Of a DNA stretch of 30,017 nt, positions 18,535-26,257 are shown one piece after another (position 1 is the first letter of the stretch; every line of letters begins with the position of its first letter). The position numbers and the translations under genes are program-made. The stretch is from a virus, in the UHGV virus genome UHGV-0128346; one strand, given 5' to 3'. The notes under the pieces are model-generated. The model was not told where the DNA came from. It was given only the letters and a program-made list of their open reading frames with translations, and did not search any database.

Positions 18535-19028
18535 TAAGCCCCCACGTAATTCCCTGAGAGATACCACTCTTCACCTGATGCAGCCCGCTTACTGCTTTTC
18601 CGTAAACACCGTTCACGACGCGCCAGAAAATTGTTTCGTTCTGGCTGGGAGTGGCTTTCACGGAATGCCGCCATCCACACCGTTGCAGCACGACGGTATA
18701 AGCCCCTCGACTCCAGTTCTTCAGCCTGGCGGGTCAGGCACAAAATCACCCGGGGGTCGTTAGTGCCGACATAGAACTTGCGCACAGGTCTGGTTTCACG
18801 AACTGGTTGTGGTTCCGGCTCCTGCGCTCTCTCAGTCAGGCGCGAGAAATGTCTGCGTGTATCTCCTTCACAACGGTGAGCCACACGCCCACTCTGACGT
18901 AACTTGCTTGCTGACTGCAGAACGCGCTGCCGTGAGTAACCTGCAAAAGCATCCGCAATGTCTCCGGAAGTACACCCCGGATGGGCTTCAATGAATTTCT
19001 GAACTTCATTCAAAAGACTCATGATCAC
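18534..19028 (-). CDS. PerC-family transcriptional regulator-like protein (Pch-like)
   Basis: C-terminal RGLYRRAATVWMAAF...ERNNFLARRERC fits the PerC motif (G-x-[WY]-RRAA-x-x-W); start overlaps the stop of the replication gene (ATGA). Confidence 0.45.
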   Translation of the reverse strand: MIMSLLNEVQKFIEAHPGCTSGDIADAFAGYSRQRVLQSASKLRQSGRVAHRCEGDTRRHFSRLTERAQEPEPQPVRETRPVRKFYVGTNDPRVILCLTRQAEELESRGLYRRAATVWMAAFRESHSQPERNNFLARRERCLRKSSKRAASGEEWYLSGNYVGA

Positions 19029-20017
19029 CCCCTGAATCCTGCCGGGATCTGGCTGTAGTCCACGTTGTCGTAACTGGATTTGAAGTACGGATCTTCACGT
19101 TTTTCTGTGTATGTGCTGACGGACGGCGATAAGCGCAGGGAAAGCTCATCCCATTTTTCCCGCAGCTTCGACGGGCTGAGCACGTTACGGCACCAGAACG
19201 GATCGCGGCTGACGCGGCTGTACATCTCGCAGATTTGTTTGTGAGTACGACCATCCTGCACACACATCAGGCGAATTTCGTTTGCCCAGGCTGTCCAGTT
19301 CGGTTCTTTGGGACGAACCACCTCGCCGTCACATTCGGCAGCCTGCTCGTACAGGGCGATGATTTTTTTCCAGAGCCACTGTGCGCAGGTCAAATCATCC
19401 TGCGTTCCCCACTGGCGCTTTTTAGGGCTGAATACAACCGCATCAGGATGGCGAGTTAAAAACTCCTGTTCAGCCGTTTGCGTGTCCGGTTGCGAAGCGT
19501 CCGGACGAGAAGAGGTTTTATTCTCTGTAGTAATCTCTGTTGTATTCTCTGTAAGATCATTGGGCCATTTTGACCCGATGACAGCGTGTCGTTTTGAACC
19601 AATGGATCGTGTCATTTTGCGCCCATCCATCAGGTCACTTTGACCCGATGGAGAAGTGCATTTTGACCTGATGGATTCGTTCACTTTGACCTCTTCTAAA
19701 AGCTCACTTTCATAGTTGATCGTGTAGAAGTTGGTCATGTCACGCTTCGATTTATTGAGTTGCTCGCGACGCAAAACCCCAAGTGATTTCAGGCTTGCAA
19801 ATGTGCGTTTCAGAGTGGACTCTGACCAGAACGGAAACTGCTCCAGCCACTGTTCTGTCGTGTTATAAACCCAGCGAATTCCGCCATGCTCAGTGCCTGA
19901 ATTCGTTTCATTCAGCCAGTAATGAAGCTGCTGCAACACAATTGCCTCATTCAGACCAATACGGCATGCAAGATCACGATTTATCACAATGGGCTGGGAT
20001 GTCATTAACAGGCTCAT
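19025..20017 (-). CDS. Replication initiator (lambda O-like: N-terminal DNA-binding part, iterons within the gene)
   Basis: 330 aa; at least five ~16-bp iterons (consensus CAYTTTGACCYGATGG) lie inside the coding sequence next to an AT-rich stretch, the arrangement of ori-lambda inside O. Confidence 0.7.
   Translation of the reverse strand: MSLLMTSQPIVINRDLACRIGLNEAIVLQQLHYWLNETNSGTEHGGIRWVYNTTEQWLEQFPFWSESTLKRTFASLKSLGVLRREQLNKSKRDMTNFYTINYESELLEEVKVNESIRSKCTSPSGQSDLMDGRKMTRSIGSKRHAVIGSKWPNDLTENTTEITTENKTSSRPDASQPDTQTAEQEFLTRHPDAVVFSPKKRQWGTQDDLTCAQWLWKKIIALYEQAAECDGEVVRPKEPNWTAWANEIRLMCVQDGRTHKQICEMYSRVSRDPFWCRNVLSPSKLREKWDELSLRLSPSVSTYTEKREDPYFKSSYDNVDYSQIPAGFRG
19563..19715. repeat. Origin iterons (5-6 copies of CAYTTTGACCYGATGG at ~22-bp spacing)
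   Basis: Direct repeats read in the sequence: cattttgacccgatg, cactttgacccgatgg, cattttgacctgatgg, cactttgacctc, plus weaker copies. Confidence 0.65.
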
Positions 20018-20238
20018 GCCGCACCTCCGAGATGCTTCATGTTTTTTCCGGAGCGAAAGGCTATAAGCGGCATACTGACGCGGTAATTACGACCCAGCGG
20101 TTCACAAATCACCTTCTGACATTCACGGTCCACCAGGCTAACACGTAGAACATGCCCTGCAGGCGTGGTGTACCACTGACCGGGGCGAGGACAACGGAAA
20201 GTCTGATTGGTAAATCGTTTGAAAATATTCCGGATCAT
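20014..20238 (-). CDS. Hypothetical protein (74 aa)
   Basis: Both ends overlap neighbouring genes by 4 nt (ATGA), suggesting translational coupling in the early-right operon. Confidence 0.45.
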   Translation of the reverse strand: MIRNIFKRFTNQTFRCPRPGQWYTTPAGHVLRVSLVDRECQKVICEPLGRNYRVSMPLIAFRSGKNMKHLGGAA

Positions 20239-20780
20239 TTGCGCCCCCTTACCTCTGAAGGGTTCAGCGACAAATTTATGAGACTGGCCAGTAGCGCCGC
20301 GTCGTTGATGCGGTCATACAGACTTACAGCCAGCGGGGATTCGGCTTTTGCCAACATGGGATAAAGCTGCTGCAGCCAGACCTGATGAATTGATGAAATG
20401 TAGGAATAGAGAACGCTGGCGTTATGTGCAACGTCGCTCAGTACAGAGGGATTTGAAAGCTGTTTCTCCATCTGGTTAAAGGCATTGATGTATGCCTCTT
20501 TGAACCGGGCAGCACGTTTCCCCGTGAAGCCCATGGCAAGAAACGCAAAACCGTCGCGGGTGATTTGGTAACAAGGGAGTTTGCGGCCTGTGCAATCGGT
20601 GTAATCACTGGGCTGAAAATTCAGCTCAGTGAATTCAACAGAGCACTCAAGCGTCTGGATTTTTTGAATAACGTTTTTGTGCTGCTTGCAGAAATATTCG
20701 GCAACGGCCAAAGAAGAGGTAACAGCCTTCCCATGGATAACATCAATTTTAGGGTGAGTTTGGGTAGGGGTGGTTGCCAT
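20235..20780 (-). CDS. Phage regulatory protein Rha
   Basis: From the internal Met, VTSSLAVAEYFCKQHKNVIQKI...YQITRDGFAFLAMGFTGKRAARFKEAYINAF matches the Rha N-terminal domain; GAGGA ribosome-binding site 9 nt upstream. Confidence 0.7.
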   Translation of the reverse strand: MATTPTQTHPKIDVIHGKAVTSSLAVAEYFCKQHKNVIQKIQTLECSVEFTELNFQPSDYTDCTGRKLPCYQITRDGFAFLAMGFTGKRAARFKEAYINAFNQMEKQLSNPSVLSDVAHNASVLYSYISSIHQVWLQQLYPMLAKAESPLAVSLYDRINDAALLASLINLSLNPSEVRGRK

Positions 20781-20942
20781 AGTGACATCCTCATGTGCGA
20801 ATTTTGAAAACTCACCACATGGGACGCCAATCACAGAGGTGGTGAGACGTACAGGGTTGGCGTAACCGGTCGCACATGACCCCGGCGCATCTTTCGATGC
20901 CCCTGCACGCCCCACCATAATTTGGATGTGAGGAAACGTGCG

Positions 20943-20966
20943 CAAAAAAACCGCTGAAGCGCGGTT
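20943..20966 (-). terminator. tR1-like intrinsic terminator in the early-right operon
   Basis: ACCGC-TGAAGC-GCGGT hairpin followed by U7 on the minus strand. Confidence 0.5.
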
Positions 20967-21376
20967 ATGCGCATGTGCGAATTTCAGGACGCCAATCCCG
21001 GCACCCGCTTTATAAGGTGCCTGAACAGTGTAACGTCCCGGAATTGCAGAATCAATATGCTGGTGGTCCTTCACACTCAACAAAATCACGCCTGAATTTC
21101 CACAAAGGACTAAAGCACTCATGCGGGTAGTCTTTGCGAAGATAGATAACGCGCTGTGTTTCTGGCTCCCAACGAATAACATGGACATAAAGCCCTCTTC
21201 CGTCACGAAACCAGCGGTTAAGTTCCTGCACAACTCGCCCCCCACAGTCAGGTAAAGTTCTCTGTGGTTACTTACAGCCAGGTGATTTGGTAATCTGCAT
21301 TCATGCCGTAACAACAGGTGTTCAGCGACGCTGACCACCAGCTGTTGCGACAAACGGTTATTTGCCGTTAAACTAT

Positions 21377-21946
21377 TCATGCGTTAGTTTCTCCACAACC
21401 AGAAGCAATCGACGCCACGACGCCCGGAGCTGCACACTCGCGGGCGTTACTCTTTTCTGGAGCGCAGAAGATTTTGTAGACCAGTGCTGCATGCTCCTGG
21501 AGCTTCGAAATTGAAAGATACAGTTCGTCGTTAATTGCTGTCTTCTCATGCGGTTCCACTACACCGTCTTCGATTGCTGAACGAATCTGTCTGGAATAAC
21601 TGCCGATCTGTTCAATGACTTCCAGCAGGCGCTGGTTTATATCGGCGTTCTCTACTGCCTCAATTTCAGGAAGCGATACGAACACCCCACCAGCAGACTG
21701 TGCGACAGCATCCGCAATGTAGTGAGTGCCAGCCGCACGCTGTAAAACCATTGCCCATCCCAGCGGGAAAATCTGATCGCCATCTGCACGAAGGCGGTTG
21801 AATAATGCGTTCTCTGTTACATCCAGCCACTCAGCAGCTTCAGCGTAACCCCCCGGCAACGCCGCGATAGTTTTTCTGACAGCTTTCACGTACCACTCAG
21901 GCTGTTTTTCTACTTTCCAGTGATGCTTACCCACGGTTAGCCTCAT
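21377..21946 (-). CDS. CII/YdaT-like regulatory protein (189 aa)
   Basis: Immediately follows the Cro/YdaS-like gene, as ydaT follows ydaS in prophage Rac; weak resemblance to 186-type CII; family not confirmed. Confidence 0.4.
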   Translation of the reverse strand: MRLTVGKHHWKVEKQPEWYVKAVRKTIAALPGGYAEAAEWLDVTENALFNRLRADGDQIFPLGWAMVLQRAAGTHYIADAVAQSAGGVFVSLPEIEAVENADINQRLLEVIEQIGSYSRQIRSAIEDGVVEPHEKTAINDELYLSISKLQEHAALVYKIFCAPEKSNARECAAPGVVASIASGCGETNA

Positions 21947-21977
21947 CGTTCTGTGGTTAAAAATTGAAGGTGTTCTG

Positions 21978-22178
21978 TTAATCTTTCGGATAGATATCCG
22001 GTCTTAAGTCAGATTTCGTAATTGCACCTGACGTGCATTGCTCAAGTTTTTTAGCCAGCACAAAACTGGCTTTTTTATAACCATTGAAAACCAGCCGTAA
22101 GTAGCCTGGTGTTGAGCCAACTTTTCCGGCCAACTCGCCCTGCTGTTCTTTGGTTAAAGAGTCCCAATACGCTTTCAT
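21978..22178 (-). CDS. Cro-like repressor (YdaS-type HTH), 66 aa
   Basis: Internal Met of ORF 21978-22481; C-terminal ...CTSGAITKSDLRPDIY is typical of YdaS/Cro-like proteins; divergent from cI. Confidence 0.65.
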   Translation of the reverse strand: MKAYWDSLTKEQQGELAGKVGSTPGYLRLVFNGYKKASFVLAKKLEQCTSGAITKSDLRPDIYPKD

Positions 22179-22268
22179 ACAATATGTACCTCCGATATAC
22201 ATATTACATGATTGAGATGAACCTTCAAGATACTTGTACCCTATCGGTACAAAGGTTTTAATTTCGTT
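22179..22268. promoter_or_regulatory. OR/PR/PRM-like divergent control region between cro-like and cI-like genes
   Basis: 90-bp intergenic region with repeated TGTACC/GGTACA half-sites (e.g. TTGTACCctatcGGTACAA); TGTACC recurs at the PL-like promoter. Confidence 0.45.
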
Positions 22269-22943
22269 ATGAAAACAGTCCATGACATCCGGCGGTCTAA
22301 CGCCAGAAAACTGAGAGATGGTGTTGGCGGGAATTCTTCCTTTGCCACCATGATTGATCGCGAGCCAACCCAGACCAGCAGGTTTATGGGAGATGGTGCT
22401 ACTAAAAATATCGGTGACAGCATGGCACGGCACATCGAAAAATGTTTCGACCTGCCTGTCGGATGGCTTGATCAAGAACACCAGACAACAAACATCACAA
22501 AAAAACCTGATGTTTCAATTACTAACAAACAAATAACGTTAGTCCCTGTCATATCATGGGTACAGGCCGGAGCATGGAAAGAAGTTGGCTATTCTGAGGT
22601 TGATTTGAGCACAGCAGAAACTTATCCCTGCCCTGTACCCTGTGGCGAAATGACTTATATCTTGCGGGTGATTGGTGATTCAATGATTGATGAGTACCGC
22701 CCGGGAGACATGATTTTTGTTGATCCCGAAGTCCCTGCCTGCCACGGTGACGACGTTATTGCATTGATGCACGATACAGGCGAAACCACCTTCAAGCGAT
22801 TGATAGAAGATGGAACACAGCGTTATCTCAAAGCATTAAACCCAAACTGGCCTGAGCCTTACATTAAGATTAACGGTAATTGCTCTATAATTGGTACAGT
22901 AATTTTCTCAGGAAAACCAAGAAGATACAAAATAAAGGCCTAA
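22269..22943 (+). CDS. cI: cI-like prophage repressor (HTH plus S24 LexA-like autopeptidase)
   Basis: C-terminal half matches the S24 fold of recalled P22 C2 and lambda cI (ISWVQAG, GDSM, PGDMIFVDPE, TFKRL, LNPNWP, INGNCSIIG). Confidence 0.85.
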   Translation: MKTVHDIRRSNARKLRDGVGGNSSFATMIDREPTQTSRFMGDGATKNIGDSMARHIEKCFDLPVGWLDQEHQTTNITKKPDVSITNKQITLVPVISWVQAGAWKEVGYSEVDLSTAETYPCPVPCGEMTYILRVIGDSMIDEYRPGDMIFVDPEVPACHGDDVIALMHDTGETTFKRLIEDGTQRYLKALNPNWPEPYIKINGNCSIIGTVIFSGKPRRYKIKA

Positions 22944-22954
22944 TCAATATTTAT

Positions 22955-22978
22955 AACCTGCTTCGGCAGGTTTTTTTA
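22955..22978 (+). terminator. Intrinsic terminator after cI
   Basis: ACCTGC-TTCG-GCAGGT hairpin followed by T7, 12 nt after the cI stop. Confidence 0.7.
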
Positions 22979-22981
22979 TAC

Positions 22982-23015
22982 TTGACAATGTACCATTGAG
23001 ATACATAATGTATCT
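22982..23015 (+). promoter_or_regulatory. PL-like promoter (TTGACA-N16-CATAAT) with overlapping 17-bp palindromic operator AGATACAT-A-ATGTATCT
   Basis: Consensus-like sigma70 hexamers; perfect palindrome across the -10 element; position corresponds to lambda PL/OL. Confidence 0.6.
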
Positions 23016-23462
23016 AAAAGAAACATGCCACAGGCAAGATTAAACAAAATTTGGTTGTAACACGGCGTATGGCACATGCGTCGTTAGCGGTCTGGGGACG
23101 TTAAAGGGGACAATCCACTCCTTGCTCGGGCAAACAAACCAGGTAGCCGGAATGTGCAAGTCAATGATGATGCTGATAAGACGCCTAACCAGCGTGGCGA
23201 TTCGGTTTGACGCCTGGGAAGAGACCAGGACGCAACGATGAGAGCATTGACGAGCAAGGCATAAGTGCTGGTTCAATTCCAGACAGTCCCATTCAGATGG
23301 GAGGGTTGGGCAGGGAAAAGGTCCGTTCGATTCGGACACCGGCAATGCTCTCAGCGTTGTGGTGAATGCGCAGGCTGATGCGCGAAAGACATTGCAGCTA
23401 TTGCGGAAAAGAGCTGTTCGGCGGGGCAATTAAACGCCCGTATCTGGAGGTTAAAGAACAAA

Positions 23463-23738
23463 ATGAAAGTCCAGATTTTAAACAATAGTGGTGAAGTCGT
23501 TTGGTCATACGACATAGCCGCTCCTGTAGATCAGAGCGGCGATAGCTGGACCAATGGGAAACATCAGATTATGGCTGGAGTTGTATTCTCTTTACGCCGT
23601 GCTTTGGAACAGGCTGAAGTCTTTCCATCAGACCCTGAATGGAAATGGCCTTTTTCTATTTGTCCAAATTCGGAGAGTACATTTCAGAAAATTGGTCAGA
23701 AAGTCGCACTCGAAGAGCATCAGCCAACTGTTTCCTGA
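23463..23738 (+). CDS. Hypothetical protein (91 aa), first ORF of the early-left operon; not N-like
   Basis: ATG with GGAGG 13 nt upstream; acidic, no arginine-rich motif; 3' end overlaps the convergent minus-strand ORF by ~83 nt. Confidence 0.4.
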   Translation: MKVQILNNSGEVVWSYDIAAPVDQSGDSWTNGKHQIMAGVVFSLRRALEQAEVFPSDPEWKWPFSICPNSESTFQKIGQKVALEEHQPTVS

Positions 23739-23901
23739 TTTTTTCAGGTAACTCGTCGGCATCGCAGAAACAACAACGCTCGATCATGTTGAAAGCCGAT
23801 TCGTAGAACTGTTTCTGCTGAGTGTCGCTGAGACAGGAAAAGAGCGACGTTACGATGATTTTATTAATTGCATTATCAAGTTCTTTTTCATCAAAAGTCA
23901 T
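23656..23901 (-). CDS. Hypothetical protein (81 aa) antisense to the early-left operon
   Basis: ATG with AAGGA ribosome-binding site at 7-nt spacing; composition looks protein-like. Confidence 0.4.
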   Translation of the reverse strand: MTFDEKELDNAINKIIVTSLFSCLSDTQQKQFYESAFNMIERCCFCDADELPEKIRKQLADALRVRLSDQFSEMYSPNLDK

Positions 23902-24156
23902 TTGATTTTCCTTTTATGTATACGGGCTTAAAAGGATACCACCGAGCCTGAAGTGGTGAAAAGACAGGCACATAACAGCTAAGTATTTTCAACCAGAGAG
24001 AATCCTTAGCGTTGTGGTGAATGCGGCTCAGCGCACGCGGGTTAAGGTTGAGGCTGACAGTCGACCTTCTGTGGATACCCACCCGCCTGGTGTGCAACCT
24101 TCGCTAGGCACCGGGAGGCACCCGGCACCACAAGTTTATGCTGTGTGTAGTCCTGG

Positions 24157-24203
24157 CGGTACCAGTTTGTACCCTTGCTTCCGGCTGGTACCGTCCTTTT
24201 TTG
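24157..24203 (+). terminator. tL-like intrinsic terminator in the early-left operon
   Basis: 9-bp stem CGGTACCAG/CTGGTACCG with a 19-nt loop, followed by TCCTTTTTT. Confidence 0.55.
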
Positions 24204-24339
24204 CAAAACAGAGAAGAGCATCACCGGACGACGGGCTCATAACCCAATCCATCCGGGCGGCTGCCACCGCAGGTGTTCTTCTCTGTTTTGTGGAGAAACC
24301 AACCGACCTTGCAGGGTCGATATGATGAGGAGCAGCAAA

Positions 24340-24702
24340 ATGGCTAGCGAACGCAGTACTGATGTGCAGGCATTTATCGGGGAGCTGGACGGCGGCGTAT
24401 TTGAAACCAAAATCGGCGCAGTTCTCAGTGAGGTCGCTTCCGGTGTGATGAACACGAAAACCAAAGGGAAGGTCTCACTCAATCTGGAAATCGAACCGTT
24501 TGATGAGAACCGTGTGAAAATCAAACACAAACTCTCATATGTTCGCCCAACTAACCGCGGGAAAATTTCCGAAGAAGACACCACCGAAACGCCGATGTAT
24601 GTCAATCGCGGTGGTCGCCTGACTATTCTGCAGGAAGACCAGGGACAATTACTGACTCTTGCCGGTGAACCTGACGGAAAACTCCGCGCAGCAGGTCGTT
24701 AA
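24340..24702 (+). CDS. Hypothetical protein (120 aa)
   Basis: ATG with GAGGAG ribosome-binding site; first gene after the tL-like terminator and just upstream of the yfdQ-like gene. Confidence 0.55.
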   Translation: MASERSTDVQAFIGELDGGVFETKIGAVLSEVASGVMNTKTKGKVSLNLEIEPFDENRVKIKHKLSYVRPTNRGKISEEDTTETPMYVNRGGRLTILQEDQGQLLTLAGEPDGKLRAAGR

Positions 24703-24767
24703 TATCGTTCGTAATAAACTGATTATTTATCTCATCACTGAATATCTTTATATAGTGAGGACTTATT

Positions 24768-25592
24768 ATGTCTCAGAACTTAGACGCAACCGCAATTAAT
24801 CAAATCCATGCCCTTATTTCTGCTCAGGGTGTTAATGAAATTATCAGTAAGATTGGTGCCGATGCTGTGGCATTGCCTGAGAATTTCCGCATTCATGATC
24901 TGGAAAAATTTAATTTAAATCGCTTCCGTTTCCGTGGTGCACTTTCCACTGCCAGCATCGATGATTTTACCCGTTATTCTAAAGATCTTGCAGATGAAGG
25001 CACCCGCTGCTTTATCGATGCCGATAATATGCGTGCCGTCAGTGTGCTTAACCTGGGTACTATTGATGAGCCAGGTCACGCAGATAACACTGCCACTCTC
25101 AAACTGAAAAAGACAGCACCGTTCTCTGCTCTGTTGTCTGTTAACGGCGAGCGTAACTCCCAGAAGTCACTGGCAGAATGGATCGAAGACTGGGCCGACT
25201 ACCTTGTGGGCTTTGATGCTAATGGTGACGCCATTCAAGCAACAAAAGCGGCTGCGGCAGTCCGTAAAATCACGATTGAAGCAAACCAGACCGCTGATTT
25301 TGAAGATAATGACTTCAGCGGCAAACGCTCCCTGATGGAGTCTGTCGAAGCGAAAACCAAAGATATTATGCCAGTGGCATTTGAATTTAAATGCGTTCCG
25401 TTTGAAGGTCTGAAAGAACGTCCATTTAAATTACGCCTCAGCATTATCACTGGCGATCGTCCTGTACTGGTTCTGCGCATTATTCAGCTGGAAGCAGTGC
25501 AGGAAGAAATGGCTAACGAATTTCGTGATCTGCTTGTTGAGAAATTCAAGGACAGCAAAGTAGAAACCTTTATTGGTACTTTCACCGCCTGA
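24768..25592 (+). CDS. yfdQ: YfdQ-like protein (DUF2303)
   Basis: 274 aa, the length of E. coli K-12 CPS-53 YfdQ, followed by a YfdR-like HD protein; called from gene order and size as recalled. Confidence 0.65.
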   Translation: MSQNLDATAINQIHALISAQGVNEIISKIGADAVALPENFRIHDLEKFNLNRFRFRGALSTASIDDFTRYSKDLADEGTRCFIDADNMRAVSVLNLGTIDEPGHADNTATLKLKKTAPFSALLSVNGERNSQKSLAEWIEDWADYLVGFDANGDAIQATKAAAAVRKITIEANQTADFEDNDFSGKRSLMESVEAKTKDIMPVAFEFKCVPFEGLKERPFKLRLSIITGDRPVLVLRIIQLEAVQEEMANEFRDLLVEKFKDSKVETFIGTFTA

Positions 25593-25720
25593 TTTCATTA
25601 CTGCAAATGCCCCTGCGGGGGCATTTATGGAAACGTAATTAACTCAATAATCGCCGGATGGTGCGGGATTCCTTTTACCCGAATTCAGCGCGGTGCAGCG
25701 CATATAAAGTGGAGAACGAA

Positions 25721-26257
25721 ATGTCATTTATTAAAACTTTTTCCGGGAAGCATTTTTATTATGACAAGATAAATAAAGACGACATCGTGATTAACGATAT
25801 CGCGGTTTCCCTTTCAAATATCTGTCGCTTTGCAGGACATCTTTCACACTTCTACAGTGTCGCCCAGCATGCGGTGCTTTGCAGCCAGCTGGTGCCGCAG
25901 GAATTTGCTTTTGAAGCGTTAATGCATGATGCAACAGAAGCGTATTGCCAGGATATTCCCGCTCCACTGAAACGCCTTCTTCCTGACTATAAACGGATGG
26001 AAGAAAAAATAGACGCCGTAATCCGTGAGAAATACGGGTTACCCCCGGTTATGAGCACGCCTGTGAAATATGCCGATCTCATCATGCTGGCAACCGAACG
26101 CCGCGATCTCGGGCTTGATGATGGCTCTTTCTGGCCAGTACTGGAAGGTATCCCGGCAACAGAAATGTTCAAAGTTATTCCACTGGCTCCGAGCCATGCC
26201 TACGGGATGTTTATGGAGCGCTTTAACGAGTTATCGGAGTTACGCACATGCGCATGA
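25721..26257 (+). CDS. yfdR: HD-domain phosphohydrolase (YfdR-like 5'-deoxynucleotidase)
   Basis: 178 aa from the internal ATG with GGAGAA ribosome-binding site; HD motif ...HFYSVAQHAV...LMHDATEAY. Confidence 0.75.
   Translation: MSFIKTFSGKHFYYDKINKDDIVINDIAVSLSNICRFAGHLSHFYSVAQHAVLCSQLVPQEFAFEALMHDATEAYCQDIPAPLKRLLPDYKRMEEKIDAVIREKYGLPPVMSTPVKYADLIMLATERRDLGLDDGSFWPVLEGIPATEMFKVIPLAPSHAYGMFMERFNELSELRTCA

Noticed and set aside
20235-21380. 381-aa ORF as a single protein
   Set aside because: The Rha domain starts cleanly at Met201 with its own ribosome-binding site, the N-terminal 200 codons have non-protein-like composition (His- and Ser-rich, no Trp), and a terminator hairpin lies inside. 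Annotated as Rha (20235-20780) plus an unresolved upstream interval.
23266-23345. Possible tRNA gene (perfect T-arm GTCCG-TTCGATT-CGGAC with a 7-bp acceptor-like pairing)
   Set aside because: No canonical D-arm or 7-nt anticodon loop could be folded, the span is ~80 nt with poor internal pairing, and there is no CCA. Treated as a tRNA-like element or remnant, not called as a tRNA gene.
23040-23429. 129-aa minus-strand ORF in the PL leader
   Set aside because: Antisense to the early-left leader, no ribosome-binding site, non-protein-like composition (Cys/Ser/Pro-rich); probably a chance open frame.
24109-24130. The 22-mer ending in ...GGCACCA as the 3' end of a tRNA
   Set aside because: No T-loop (TTCRANY) or upstream tRNA arms precede it at either copy; interpreted as a shared motif instead.
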